In this document: piece by piece, positions 28,432 to 37,292 of the stretch | How the letters are laid out: each line of letters begins with the position of its first letter | Position numbering within the stretch: position 1 is the stretch's first letter | The notes under the pieces: generated by a model | The model's database searches: none | The model's input: the letters and a program-made list of their open reading frames with translations, nothing else | Told to the model about the DNA's origin: nothing | Translations under genes and position numbers: made by a program | Source: a virus | Strand: one strand, 5' to 3' | Virus record (IMG/VR): IMGVR_UViG_3300032893_000029 | Span: 1 to 64,000 of that record | DNA length: 64,000 nt

Positions 28432-28768
28432 GGTCGATCCCTGTTATTCGGTTCAGTGTCCGGCGTGCGGGGCGCCGAAACATCATCGCTGCAAAAGCGC
28501 GAACGGGAAAAAGACTGCCGATCCGCATATCGATCGCCGGCGCGATTTCCAGAACGGCACAACAACACCGCCGCGGGTTCCGTGGTCGGCACCGGATGTC
28601 GCGACGACGCGCATGAAGTCGCCGCTGCTCGAGCTCATCAAGGATCGTAATCGCGCCATCATCGAAAATCTCGCCAAAGGACTTTCCGTCACGCTGATGT
28701 TCGGCGCCGTCCCGCTGACGACGTTCTATCCCGATGGTCGCGTCGAGCATCACGAGGATATGTTCTGA
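28424..28768 (+). CDS. Zinc-finger protein
   Basis: CPACGA....C..PHIDR motif. Confidence 0.6.
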   Translation: MAKVDPCYSVQCPACGAPKHHRCKSANGKKTADPHIDRRRDFQNGTTTPPRVPWSAPDVATTRMKSPLLELIKDRNRAIIENLAKGLSVTLMFGAVPLTTFYPDGRVEHHEDMF

Positions 28769-28992
28769 TGACGGACAGGAGCATTCATCCGAGGGCGGTG
28801 TCCTGGCAGCGCGACGGCGATACCGGCTATTCGTCGTCGGTCGGTGTTGTCTGGCGCGGGCCGGACAATCGCTGGTACGCGCAACCGGGTTCGAACATGC
28901 TTGAAGAAGACTTCTCGAACTGGCGAGCCGCAGCGCGTGCATGTGAGGAATGGCACGGGCGGCGCAGCAAGGCAACGGAACGTCTCCGCTAG
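28768..28992 (+). CDS. Hypothetical protein
   Basis: Coupled 74-aa ORF. Confidence 0.55.
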   Translation: MTDRSIHPRAVSWQRDGDTGYSSSVGVVWRGPDNRWYAQPGSNMLEEDFSNWRAAARACEEWHGRRSKATERLR

Positions 28993-29018
28993 ACCCGCTA
29001 CGGCCTTATCCCCAGCAA

Positions 29019-29034
29019 TGTTTCACGTGAAACA
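29019..29034. promoter_or_regulatory. parS: parS site (chromosomal ParB consensus)
   Basis: Exact TGTTTCACGTGAAACA palindrome in an intergenic region. Confidence 0.85.
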
Positions 29035-29105
29035 TTCATGCTTGGAGGCCGAAAAGTGATTTATAAACGGTCGCTTACTAGGCCGAAAATCAAGCAAAAA
29101 TAGTG

Positions 29106-29165
29106 CTTTACAGCCCCGGGCTTGGTGCCTGAACCTCTTCCCATCAAGACCGGTCGCAGCCGGTC
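29106..29165 (+). promoter_or_regulatory. Phage promoter motif plus UCGCAG hairpin (copy 1)
   Basis: CTTTACAG-N12-TGCCTGA then ATCAA and GACCGG-TCGCAG-CCGGTC. Confidence 0.65.
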
Positions 29166-29183
29166 GCGCATCAGGAGGACAAA

Positions 29184-29351
29184 ATGCCGGTATCCGAAAA
29201 GACAGTCCGCGTCCCGGTCGGCGGAAACGACACCGACGAGCTCGAGAAGCTGGTCGACGAGATTCTTTCCCGTCCGGAAAACGCGGACTACGAATTGGTC
29301 GACATATCGTCCGACGATGCAGTGACCGAGCTCACGCTTCGGCACATCTGA
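29184..29351 (+). CDS. Small acidic hypothetical protein
   Basis: AGGAGG RBS; MPVSEKTVRV..TLRHI, 55 aa; not in the ORF track. Confidence 0.6.
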   Translation: MPVSEKTVRVPVGGNDTDELEKLVDEILSRPENADYELVDISSDDAVTELTLRHI

Positions 29352-29374
29352 AACGACAAACGGAGGCGGATTCA

Positions 29375-29803
29375 ATGGCTCGGCTCAAATCAAACGGCGA
29401 AGTCGTCGGCACGATCGAAGGGATTCACGGTTCGAAGCGCTATATGTCGAACCGCGTCATCCTGAAGAACACCGGACACGGTTGGAAAAAATACGGCCGG
29501 TTGTCACCCGACATCGATCCGCGCACGGCGTTCGCCGAAGCGGTCGCAAAACAGAACAAGATGCTGGAACAGCGTCCGGCATACGCCGCATTCCGCAACG
29601 CGATTCATCGGGCCTGCGGTCTCTCGAAACGCTGGAGGCTCTATTCGGCAATCCAGTTGATGCCCGACGACGCCGACGGCGTCTGGTCGGAGGCCTGCGA
29701 CGGATACGACGCGGTCCACCTCGATCTGGACGAAGTCGTCGAGCTCTGCCGGCTCTACAAGGCAGCTATGAAAGAGAATTCCGAAGTCGACGCCGCGGCG
29801 TGA
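29375..29803 (+). CDS. Hypothetical early protein
   Basis: GGAGG RBS; 142 aa. Confidence 0.65.
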   Translation: MARLKSNGEVVGTIEGIHGSKRYMSNRVILKNTGHGWKKYGRLSPDIDPRTAFAEAVAKQNKMLEQRPAYAAFRNAIHRACGLSKRWRLYSAIQLMPDDADGVWSEACDGYDAVHLDLDEVVELCRLYKAAMKENSEVDAAA

Positions 29804-29862
29804 CTTTACAGGGGCCCGCTGGGTGCCTGACCATCACGACATCAAGAGCGTTCGCAGCGCTC
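29804..29862 (+). promoter_or_regulatory. Phage promoter motif plus UCGCAG hairpin (copy 2)
   Basis: CTTTACAG-N12-TGCCTGA, ATCAA, GAGCG-TTCGCAG-CGCTC. Confidence 0.65.
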
Positions 29863-29880
29863 GCACTTAGGAGGACAGCA

Positions 29881-30111
29881 ATGCTTAAGATCGAATTCAA
29901 TACCCGCGAATATGAATTCTCGCACGGCCACAAGCCGCGCGGGCGCGGATCATGGGCGTTCTTTCCCAATCGCAAGACGCTCATCGAGCAAGCGATGTGG
30001 ACGCCGTCGATGACCTACGGCGAGGCCAAGCGCTGGATCGCCGCCAAGCTCCGTTCGGCACATTGTCCCGATACGGATCACGACAGCATCGAACTCTTTG
30101 TCGGGAGCTAG
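29881..30111 (+). CDS. Hypothetical early protein
   Basis: AGGAGG RBS; HGHKPRGRGSWAF motif. Confidence 0.65.
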   Translation: MLKIEFNTREYEFSHGHKPRGRGSWAFFPNRKTLIEQAMWTPSMTYGEAKRWIAAKLRSAHCPDTDHDSIELFVGS

Positions 30112-30115
30112 ACCG

Positions 30116-30598
30116 ATGGCCCGCATCAATGAGAGTGCGACCTACGTCGGCACGATCGAGTGGCTCGAGAGCGGCAACCGTGTCGCGCTGTACTTCGGCG
30201 AAAACCGCAACACCGGCGAGGCGATTGTCTGGCAGAGCCTTCTAGGACGTTCCGGCAATCCCGGCGCCGATCGCCGCAGTGGCCCCGGTATCAGTCGACA
30301 CACCGGCCGCAACATCACGAAGCTGCTCGCCGAACTCAATCGGTATCTTAACGGCGGCGAACTCGTGTGGGCCGATCGCAGCGACAAGGTGTTCGACGCG
30401 CTGCTTCGGCGCGTCGATTTCGTCGCCACGAAAGACGAAGCGATCGAGCTGCGCGGCAAGCTTCTCTCGGAACGCGTCGACGCGTTGCGCCAGCTCCGAT
30501 TCGAGGCGTGCAAGCGATCCGGTGTCGGCCTCTACATTGAAAAGCTGGATGCTAGGATCAAGGCGCTCGACGAAGCCATCGCGGAGTTCGGGCCATGA
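30116..30598 (+). CDS. Hypothetical protein
   Basis: GGAG RBS; ORF in operon. Confidence 0.6.
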   Translation: MARINESATYVGTIEWLESGNRVALYFGENRNTGEAIVWQSLLGRSGNPGADRRSGPGISRHTGRNITKLLAELNRYLNGGELVWADRSDKVFDALLRRVDFVATKDEAIELRGKLLSERVDALRQLRFEACKRSGVGLYIEKLDARIKALDEAIAEFGP

Positions 30599-30759
30599 CC
30601 GACGACAGACTCGACCTCAACGATCTGCGCCGCGCCCATGCCCGCGAAAAGCTTCGTGTGCAGAGACAGCGCGAACGCGACAGGCGTGCCCGGGAACAGC
30701 GTGAACACCGCAACCGCAAACAGTACAACCGGTTTCTCCGTCAGCACGGCGAAGCCTGA
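30595..30759 (+). CDS. 54-aa Arg-rich helical protein
   Basis: MTDDRLDLNDLRRAHAREKLRVQRQRERDRRAREQREHRNRKQYNRFLRQHGEA; ATGA coupling; not in the ORF track. Confidence 0.55.
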   Translation: MTDDRLDLNDLRRAHAREKLRVQRQRERDRRAREQREHRNRKQYNRFLRQHGEA

Positions 30760-30770
30760 AAGGAACAGCC

Positions 30771-31094
30771 ATGATCACGAAAACCAATGCCAGCGCCTAC
30801 GTCCGCCCGCTTGAGAACTGGCGAGCGGTTTGGGACAAGGTCCGGCCGTCTTCTGCCGCAGAGCTCGGCAAACATATTCTCGGTGATGTCACCGGGTATC
30901 GATCTCCGACCCATCAAGACGACGACGCCGAACAAGTCGGCCGCGCCGTCATCGCCTACCAACAACCGCTTGTAGATCTGCTCAGCGAGGCGGAAAGCTT
31001 CATCGCCGGATTTGAGGGCGACACGACGCAGAAAGGTGTCGACGATCTGCTCGACCGCCTCCGCAACGCGATCCTGAGGGCGACGGTGTCATGA
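30771..31094 (+). CDS. Hypothetical protein
   Basis: 107-aa ORF with RBS. Confidence 0.6.
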   Translation: MITKTNASAYVRPLENWRAVWDKVRPSSAAELGKHILGDVTGYRSPTHQDDDAEQVGRAVIAYQQPLVDLLSEAESFIAGFEGDTTQKGVDDLLDRLRNAILRATVS

Positions 31095-31660
31095 CCACGA
31101 TCGAATTCGAACGCGTCATCCGCGACTGCAAGGCCAATGACCGCTGCAACGATCCGCGCTTCCTGATCGCCGATTATGATGTCGTCATCGACGGTACGGT
31201 TCGGGCGACGTTTTCCAGGAATGCCGGCTCCAAGGGCTACCGGCTCTATGCGCCGGACGGTTTCCCGATCACGGCGGAACCGATGAAGTGGAACGAGGAC
31301 CCGAACTGGCGAATCGTTTCGGCGGAAACCAAGAGCGAATTCGGCTCCATCCTCGCCGAACTTCTGCTGGCGCAACGCATCCCGACGCCGGCGGATGTCG
31401 AACAGCGGATCGCCGGCGAAGCCCGGGCGCGTGAAATCGCGATCGAGCTCCATGTTGAGGCCGGTCGGGAACGGGTCGTGAAGAAGCACGCGATGGAACT
31501 TTATCGGCACATGATTGATGACCGCCGGGTCAACGGTGCCGCAGCGGTTGCCGTCGGGCCGCTCCTAGCGAAGATCGACGCGGAGCTCGCCGAACACGAA
31601 GCCTGGGTCAGAGAAGCCTGCGAAACCGGCGCGATCAGCATCTGGAGTCTGCCGTCATGA
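31091..31660 (+). CDS. Hypothetical protein
   Basis: 189 aa, coupled. Confidence 0.6.
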   Translation: MTTIEFERVIRDCKANDRCNDPRFLIADYDVVIDGTVRATFSRNAGSKGYRLYAPDGFPITAEPMKWNEDPNWRIVSAETKSEFGSILAELLLAQRIPTPADVEQRIAGEARAREIAIELHVEAGRERVVKKHAMELYRHMIDDRRVNGAAAVAVGPLLAKIDAELAEHEAWVREACETGAISIWSLPS

Positions 31661-32274
31661 AAAATCGATTCCCACGCGAATTCTACATCCCCGCCGGCAG
31701 CGTCAAAGTTGCCGACAAGAACTCGACCGCGGTCGCATATCTGTACGACACGAAGAGCAGCAAGCCCGGCGCGGTCTGTTTCGCCGGGAAGGCTGACAAG
31801 CCGGCGGCGAAGTTCTATTTCAACGGACCGAAACAGCGGGAGCAGTTCGTGAAAAACTTTTTCGAGCGCCAGCGCGCGATCGAGGCCAACCGTGTTGCTG
31901 CTAGGCAGAACCGGAAGGCCTTCGTGCATTCCGTTCAGGTCGGCGACATCTACAGGACGTGCTGGGGCTACGACCAGACCAATGTGGAATTCTTCGAAGT
32001 CGTCGAAGTGAATGGCAAATACGCCCTGCTTCGCGAGATCGCCGCGGAATCGATCAGCAACGGCCACGGCCAAGACACGCTGATGCCGCTATCCGGCGCC
32101 TTCCTGACGCCGCGATATAAGGGCGACGATCGCGGCCTGCCGATCCGGCGGCTGATACAGCCTCACGGGATCAAGATCGATGATGTCCGCACGGCACGGG
32201 CATGGGGCAAGCGCGTCGCCGGCGTCGTCATCGGACAACCGGCAACGGCAACATCTTCGGGATGGGGGCACTGA
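31657..32274 (+). CDS. Conserved hypothetical mobile-element protein
   Basis: VGDIYRTCWGYDQTNVEFFEVV motif. Confidence 0.7.
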   Translation: MKNRFPREFYIPAGSVKVADKNSTAVAYLYDTKSSKPGAVCFAGKADKPAAKFYFNGPKQREQFVKNFFERQRAIEANRVAARQNRKAFVHSVQVGDIYRTCWGYDQTNVEFFEVVEVNGKYALLREIAAESISNGHGQDTLMPLSGAFLTPRYKGDDRGLPIRRLIQPHGIKIDDVRTARAWGKRVAGVVIGQPATATSSGWGH

Positions 32275-32356
32275 TGACCAAGGCGCTGTGGTTGCTGCTT
32301 CTCGGAAGCTGTTCGCTGTGGGCGCTTGTCATCGGCGCCGCCTGGCTGGTGTCGCC

Positions 32357-33208
32357 ATGATATCTGACGCGAAAGGCACCGAACTGATCAAGCGCGCCAG
32401 CATTGACGAGTTGATCGGCCATCGAAACCGTGCGCTCGAGCTCTACAAGACGGCGTTCGACATGATCGTGTCCGGCAACGAGGCGTTTTCCAGGGCGGTG
32501 CCATCGAAGATCGGATACGCCCATATCGGCCGCGAGGAAGTCGACCGTCTTAACTTCATCAGCGAACCCTATGTCGAGCGGACCCGTGACGACTTCGTCG
32601 AGCGGTGCCGCAAGCACATCGATCGGATGTTGTGGGAGCATCTTCTGCTCGCCACCGGGATCGGCGATGTCATGGACGCCGCGCAAAAGGAACAGTTCCG
32701 CAAGCAGGTCAGCGATAACCCGCCGGTCTGTTCCGCGGAAACCTGCGCGGCGACCTGTCTGACGCTCGCCGGCAGGGCGCCGGAGCTCTTCGACCGCTCC
32801 GTTATCACGGTGTTCGAAAGTCTATGCCGCCGGCGCTACAAGTCGCATGATGGCTGGGAAATCGGGCCAAGGATCATCATGACCTATACGGTGTCGTTCT
32901 GGTCCGGTTCGTTTTCCTGGTCCTACAGTTCCTATGCCAACGGCCGCGACAGGGTCCGCGATATGGATCGCATCTTCCACATCCTCGACGGCAAGACACC
33001 GCCGGGACAGGAAGCCGATTGCACCAATCTAGTCGCGCAGGCGATGACGGACCGGAATCAGAAACAGTTCTCGACGCCGTATTTCCGGTTCCGCTGGTTC
33101 GAAAACGGCAACCTTCATGTCTACATTCTCCGCGACGATCTGCGGGAGAAGGCGAACCGCATCGTGGCGCGTCACCACGAAAACACTCTCGCCGATACGA
33201 GGATCTGA
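32357..33208 (+). CDS. DUF4942-like protein
   Basis: YKSHDGW..RIIM..DMDRIFHILDGK..YFRFRWFENGNLH. Confidence 0.75.
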   Translation: MISDAKGTELIKRASIDELIGHRNRALELYKTAFDMIVSGNEAFSRAVPSKIGYAHIGREEVDRLNFISEPYVERTRDDFVERCRKHIDRMLWEHLLLATGIGDVMDAAQKEQFRKQVSDNPPVCSAETCAATCLTLAGRAPELFDRSVITVFESLCRRRYKSHDGWEIGPRIIMTYTVSFWSGSFSWSYSSYANGRDRVRDMDRIFHILDGKTPPGQEADCTNLVAQAMTDRNQKQFSTPYFRFRWFENGNLHVYILRDDLREKANRIVARHHENTLADTRI

Positions 33209-33211
33209 TCG

Positions 33212-33436
33212 ATGACAACCACTGAGGACAAAAAGAACGGAGAATTTGTTATGGAAACTTTTGTCGATGTTGACGGATCGACGCGCTGCAAAGCATGTGC
33301 TCTCCACCCGGATGAATGCACTTGCCGTCCAGATCATCCAATCCGCCGGATTGTGAATACCGCGTTTGAGCGCGAAGCCGCGATGCAGAAGTTCTTACGC
33401 GTCTGCGGTCGAAACGTATTCGTTGGCTCTGACTAG
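33212..33436 (+). CDS. Hypothetical protein
   Basis: CKAC..ECTC. Confidence 0.45.
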   Translation: MTTTEDKKNGEFVMETFVDVDGSTRCKACALHPDECTCRPDHPIRRIVNTAFEREAAMQKFLRVCGRNVFVGSD

Positions 33437-33447
33437 AAAATTAACCG

Positions 33448-33900
33448 ATGACGAAATTCGAAACTCCGGCGTTGCAACGAGCCTACGATGTCGCGGTCAA
33501 AGCGTTCCACGATAAGCAAAGCTATCTCTATGCTGACGGGAAGCCATTGCGCGGATCATCGGACCGTCACTCATTCTGGAATGGATTCAACGGTCATCCG
33601 CCGCGGCACGCGAAAACGTCGATTGCTTACGCGACATGGGCGGCTGGCCGCGACATGCGCGAGCAAGCACGACGCCCGACTGACCAGGACGTGCTCGAGC
33701 TCTTGACGGCCGCGGAAAACGGCCTTGCATCGATGATGACCGAGCTATCCATGATCCTCGAAAGTCACTGCAAGCTTGACCGGAACTACAAGCCGCGACG
33801 CGCCACGCTCGATCCTGGTGTCAAACGGTTTGTCGAGACGCTTGAAGAAAAAATCTCGCAGGCGCGTAAAGCGATCGCGAACTGCAGGAAACCATCTTGA
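33448..33900 (+). CDS. Hypothetical protein
   Basis: 150-aa ORF. Confidence 0.6.
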   Translation: MTKFETPALQRAYDVAVKAFHDKQSYLYADGKPLRGSSDRHSFWNGFNGHPPRHAKTSIAYATWAAGRDMREQARRPTDQDVLELLTAAENGLASMMTELSMILESHCKLDRNYKPRRATLDPGVKRFVETLEEKISQARKAIANCRKPS

Positions 33901-34210
33901 CGCGCCCGCCGGCGATCGTCTCGGTCCTGATGCGCGGGATATTCATCGGCGGGTTTCTCGCGGTGCTGCTATGGGCATTTTGCCTTCTGCCGCCTCGTCG
34001 GATGGGTCTAGGCCGGGCCCCCGGGCGGGACCCTTCGCAGGGGCCCCGCCAGACCTAACCAGGGCGCTTAGGAGACGGTGGGAACCATCAATCCCTAGTC
34101 AGGCCTCCCCTTTCGGGGCCCGGCCCGTATAGCACGAATCAGGGCCCGGAAAAGACCCCGCCGCCGGTCAAAAATGGCGGAATTCCGGGGAAAAAATCGT
34201 CCGGTGGTGG

Positions 34211-34270
34211 CTTTACAGCTCCGGGCTGACTGCCTGAAACTCGAATCATCAAAGGGGATCGCAGTCCCCC
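34211..34270 (+). promoter_or_regulatory. Phage promoter motif plus UCGCAG hairpin (copy 3)
   Basis: CTTTACAG-N12-TGCCTGA, ATCAA, GGGGA-TCGCAG-TCCCC, then AGGAG. Confidence 0.65.
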
Positions 34271-34284
34271 GCTAGGAGTCCGAA

Positions 34285-34905
34285 ATGACCTACGACGAAA
34301 ACCCCTACGGAAACCTTTCCGATGTCGAGCTCGTCGAATTCGTGCTCGGCCCCAAGGCCAAGGAAGGCATCGCGGAAACGCTGGTCCAGTCCTTCGGCAA
34401 TTTTCAGGAAGTTGTCGCGGCGACTCCGGTCCGTCTTTCCGAACACGGGCTTTCCGACCATGCCGTTACGCGGCTGAAGAAATTCCACACCGCGGCGACG
34501 CGGATGCACGCCCTTAAGGTTCTCAATCGGCCAGCGATGTCGAGTTGGGCGGATGTCACCGAATATCTCACGGTGAAGATCGCCAGACTGGAGCACGAGG
34601 AATTTCATGTGCTGTTTGTCGACCGCAAAAACAACCTGATCGCCGACGAAAGGATGAGCCGCGGCACGATCGACCACGCCCCGGTGTATCCGCGCGAAGT
34701 GGTGAAGCGGGCGCTCGAACTCAATGCCGCCAGCATCATCCTCTCGCACAATCACCCCAGCGGCGACCCGACACCCAGCCGCGCCGATATCGACATCACG
34801 CGAAAGATCGTCGACGCCTGCAAGGCCATCGACATCCGGGTGCTCGATCACGTCATTGTTGGCCGCAATGGCACGGCCAGCATGAAGGCCTTAGGGCTGA
34901 TCTGA
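34285..34905 (+). CDS. radC: RadC (JAB/MPN domain) protein
   Basis: EHEEF..GTIDHAPVYPREVVKRAL..HNHPSGDPTPSRAD..VLDHVIVG. Confidence 0.92.
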   Translation: MTYDENPYGNLSDVELVEFVLGPKAKEGIAETLVQSFGNFQEVVAATPVRLSEHGLSDHAVTRLKKFHTAATRMHALKVLNRPAMSSWADVTEYLTVKIARLEHEEFHVLFVDRKNNLIADERMSRGTIDHAPVYPREVVKRALELNAASIILSHNHPSGDPTPSRADIDITRKIVDACKAIDIRVLDHVIVGRNGTASMKALGLI

Positions 34906-34927
34906 AAATCAAAGGAGAGACCGGACC

Positions 34928-35161
34928 ATGCGTTACGGACAAAAAAACGGCGACGGCCCGACAGCCGGCAAAAAGGCAACCGTCTATGAAATCGCCATGC
35001 CGGACGGGTCGATCGTGAAGAAGCGGGTATTCCGAGACGATATGGGCGACACGCTTATAGCCACGGCTCTCCGGCACAACGGCAAAATCTTGGCCGTTGT
35101 CTGGCCGGGAGTTCCGGAATGGGAAGGCGACTTTGGGCAGCTTGTCGCGAGGAAGGTCTGA
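34928..35161 (+). CDS. Hypothetical protein
   Basis: AGGAG RBS. Confidence 0.6.
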   Translation: MRYGQKNGDGPTAGKKATVYEIAMPDGSIVKKRVFRDDMGDTLIATALRHNGKILAVVWPGVPEWEGDFGQLVARKV

Positions 35162-35162
35162 C

Positions 35163-35336
35163 ATGAAAAAGCTCACCAGAGCCCATCAAAAAATCCTGTC
35201 GCAAGCGCTCGACATCGCGGTGTCGATCTGGTCGAGCAACGCGACGTGCCCGACATTTCCGAAGCCGGTCCGGCAGGCCTATCGTCGCCGCGTCGATAAT
35301 GTTGCCGCGCTTCGGAAGAAACTCGACTTTCACTGA
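35163..35336 (+). CDS. Hypothetical protein
   Basis: MKKLTRAHQK, 57 aa. Confidence 0.45.
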   Translation: MKKLTRAHQKILSQALDIAVSIWSSNATCPTFPKPVRQAYRRRVDNVAALRKKLDFH

Positions 35337-35348
35337 AGGAGATATTGT

Positions 35349-35882
35349 ATGGGGACTAAACGCGAAATTATTCCATTCTCGCCGCTTCCCGGCAAAGAGT
35401 GGCGCGCCATCGAGGAATGGATGGGATACGAAGTTAGCAATTTTGGCCGGGTTCGGCGCGTATCTCTGATGGTCGCGCGACCAAATTCAGATGGCTATCC
35501 AATGGTTCATCTCAGTTTCGGCAAACGAGGCAAAGCCAGACTTCGGGCAGTGCATATATTGGTGACGCAGGCGTTTCACGGTCCACGGCCATCGCCACGG
35601 CATACCGCATCGCATGAAGACGGCGTCAGAAGCAATTGTCGTTCAGACAATCTCTTATGGGAAACACACTCGGAAAATCTGGCTCGCCGAAGGGACCACG
35701 GGACACATATTGTCGGTGAGCGCAACGGCACGGCCAAGCTCACCACCAACCAGGTATTGGAAATTCGAGCGAAACGCGCAGCCGGGCCGCGCGGAATAGT
35801 CAAAGCCCTAGCGCTAGAATACGGCATGTCGGAGTCAACAATCAGCCGTATCTGTCTTCGGCAAGGATGGTCTCATGTCTAA
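35349..35882 (+). CDS. NUMOD4-HNH homing endonuclease
   Basis: EWRAI..YEVSNFGRVR; VHILV..AFHG..HEDG..NCRSDNL.W.T.SEN. Confidence 0.85.
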   Translation: MGTKREIIPFSPLPGKEWRAIEEWMGYEVSNFGRVRRVSLMVARPNSDGYPMVHLSFGKRGKARLRAVHILVTQAFHGPRPSPRHTASHEDGVRSNCRSDNLLWETHSENLARRRDHGTHIVGERNGTAKLTTNQVLEIRAKRAAGPRGIVKALALEYGMSESTISRICLRQGWSHV

Positions 35883-36774
35883 AATTCGAGTGGACCGTAT
35901 CAAACCCGATCCGGGCCAGCCTAGAAAACTCTTTGATCTTGCGGACCTTCAAGAGCTCGCCGCGTCGATCAAAGCCAACGGATTGCTGCAGCCGATCCTG
36001 GTCCGGCCGGCAGAGAAAAAAGGCGAGTTCTACATCGTCGCCGGCGAGCGGCGCTGGCGCGCCCAAAAGCTGCTGATCGACGCCGGCGAGAAGGGCTTCA
36101 CCCAAATCGAATGCTCGCTCGCCGGACTGCCGGGCAAGCCGATGAAGGAAGTCACCCTCCGGGTGAAGCAGATCGTCGAGAACGTCGTCCGTGCCGACAT
36201 GACGCCCCTCGAGGAAGCCCACGCCTTCCAGAACCTGCTCGAGCTCGGTCTTGATGAGCAGAAAGCGGCGAGCCACATCGGCATTCCGCTGAGCAAGTTC
36301 CAGCGCAGTGTGTCACTGCTCCGGCTCGAGCCGCAGATTGCGAAGCTGCTCGCGGCGAAACAGATCGATGTCCCGCAGGCCTATCAGCTTGCCAGGCTCC
36401 CCCGCCACGAAGACCAGATGCAGATCCTTCGCCTGCTGAACCGCGGCGAGCTCGGCAAGTGGAAATCCTTCGAAGCCGCGATCGATGCGAAGCTTGAAGG
36501 CGTCACCCAGGAAGATTTCTTCGGACCCGGTGCGCCGGCGGCAACCGAAAAGGAAGTCGCCGAACTCAACGCGATGGAGCAGAAGATCGAGCGGGTTGCC
36601 GGGCTTCTGTCGGCCGGCTGGTCCAAGGGCGCCTGTATCGTCGCCAACAAGGTCTCCCCCGATCGCGCCCGACACATGGCCGACAGGCTCGCCGCGATCC
36701 GGCTTACCGTCCGCACGATGGAAGCAGAATTGCGAGCTATTAACGCTCAAGCGAAAATTGCCCTGGAGACATGA
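35875..36774 (+). CDS. parB: ParB/Spo0J-family protein
   Basis: QPRKLF..GLLQPILVRP..IVAGERRWRA..ENVVRADMTPLEEA plus HTH. Confidence 0.88.
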   Translation: MSKIRVDRIKPDPGQPRKLFDLADLQELAASIKANGLLQPILVRPAEKKGEFYIVAGERRWRAQKLLIDAGEKGFTQIECSLAGLPGKPMKEVTLRVKQIVENVVRADMTPLEEAHAFQNLLELGLDEQKAASHIGIPLSKFQRSVSLLRLEPQIAKLLAAKQIDVPQAYQLARLPRHEDQMQILRLLNRGELGKWKSFEAAIDAKLEGVTQEDFFGPGAPAATEKEVAELNAMEQKIERVAGLLSAGWSKGACIVANKVSPDRARHMADRLAAIRLTVRTMEAELRAINAQAKIALET

Positions 36775-37266
36775 GTGCTCACGAAAGCGGTCGTTAGGAG
36801 GCTTTTCGATTACAACCCTGTCACCGGTTCGCTCACCTGGCGCATCAGCCCCGCCAACAGAGTGAAAGTCGGAGACGAGGCCGGGACGGTTAGTTGTGGA
36901 TACCGAAGAGTCCGGATCAAGAATAAGCCATATCTCGCGCACATCATCATCTGGATCTGGATGAAGGGCAGGCTACCGAAACGAAAAATCGACCATCGCG
37001 ACGGAAATGGTTCGAACAACAAATGGTCGAATCTTCGGATGGCAACATCTACAGAAAACCAGCGGAACACAAAGCTTAGAAAAGATAATTCCTCAGGCGT
37101 CAAAGGTGTTTCATTTCATAAACGATACGGGAAGTGGGCGGCCTACATCACCATCAACAAAAAGACGATCACAATAGGCTTTTTCGACAGCGTCGAAGCA
37201 GCGGCAGAAGCAAGACGCAATGCCGCGCTGAAACACTTTGGCGAGTTCGCTCGCGAAGTGGCATGA
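36775..37266 (+). CDS. HNH endonuclease with AP2 domain
   Basis: IDHRDGNGSNNKWSNLR; NSSGVKGV..KWAAYI..IGFFDSVEAAAEAR. Confidence 0.88.
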   Translation: MLTKAVVRRLFDYNPVTGSLTWRISPANRVKVGDEAGTVSCGYRRVRIKNKPYLAHIIIWIWMKGRLPKRKIDHRDGNGSNNKWSNLRMATSTENQRNTKLRKDNSSGVKGVSFHKRYGKWAAYITINKKTITIGFFDSVEAAAEARRNAALKHFGEFAREVA

Positions 37267-37292
37267 TTCACAATCAGTTATAGGAGAATTAA

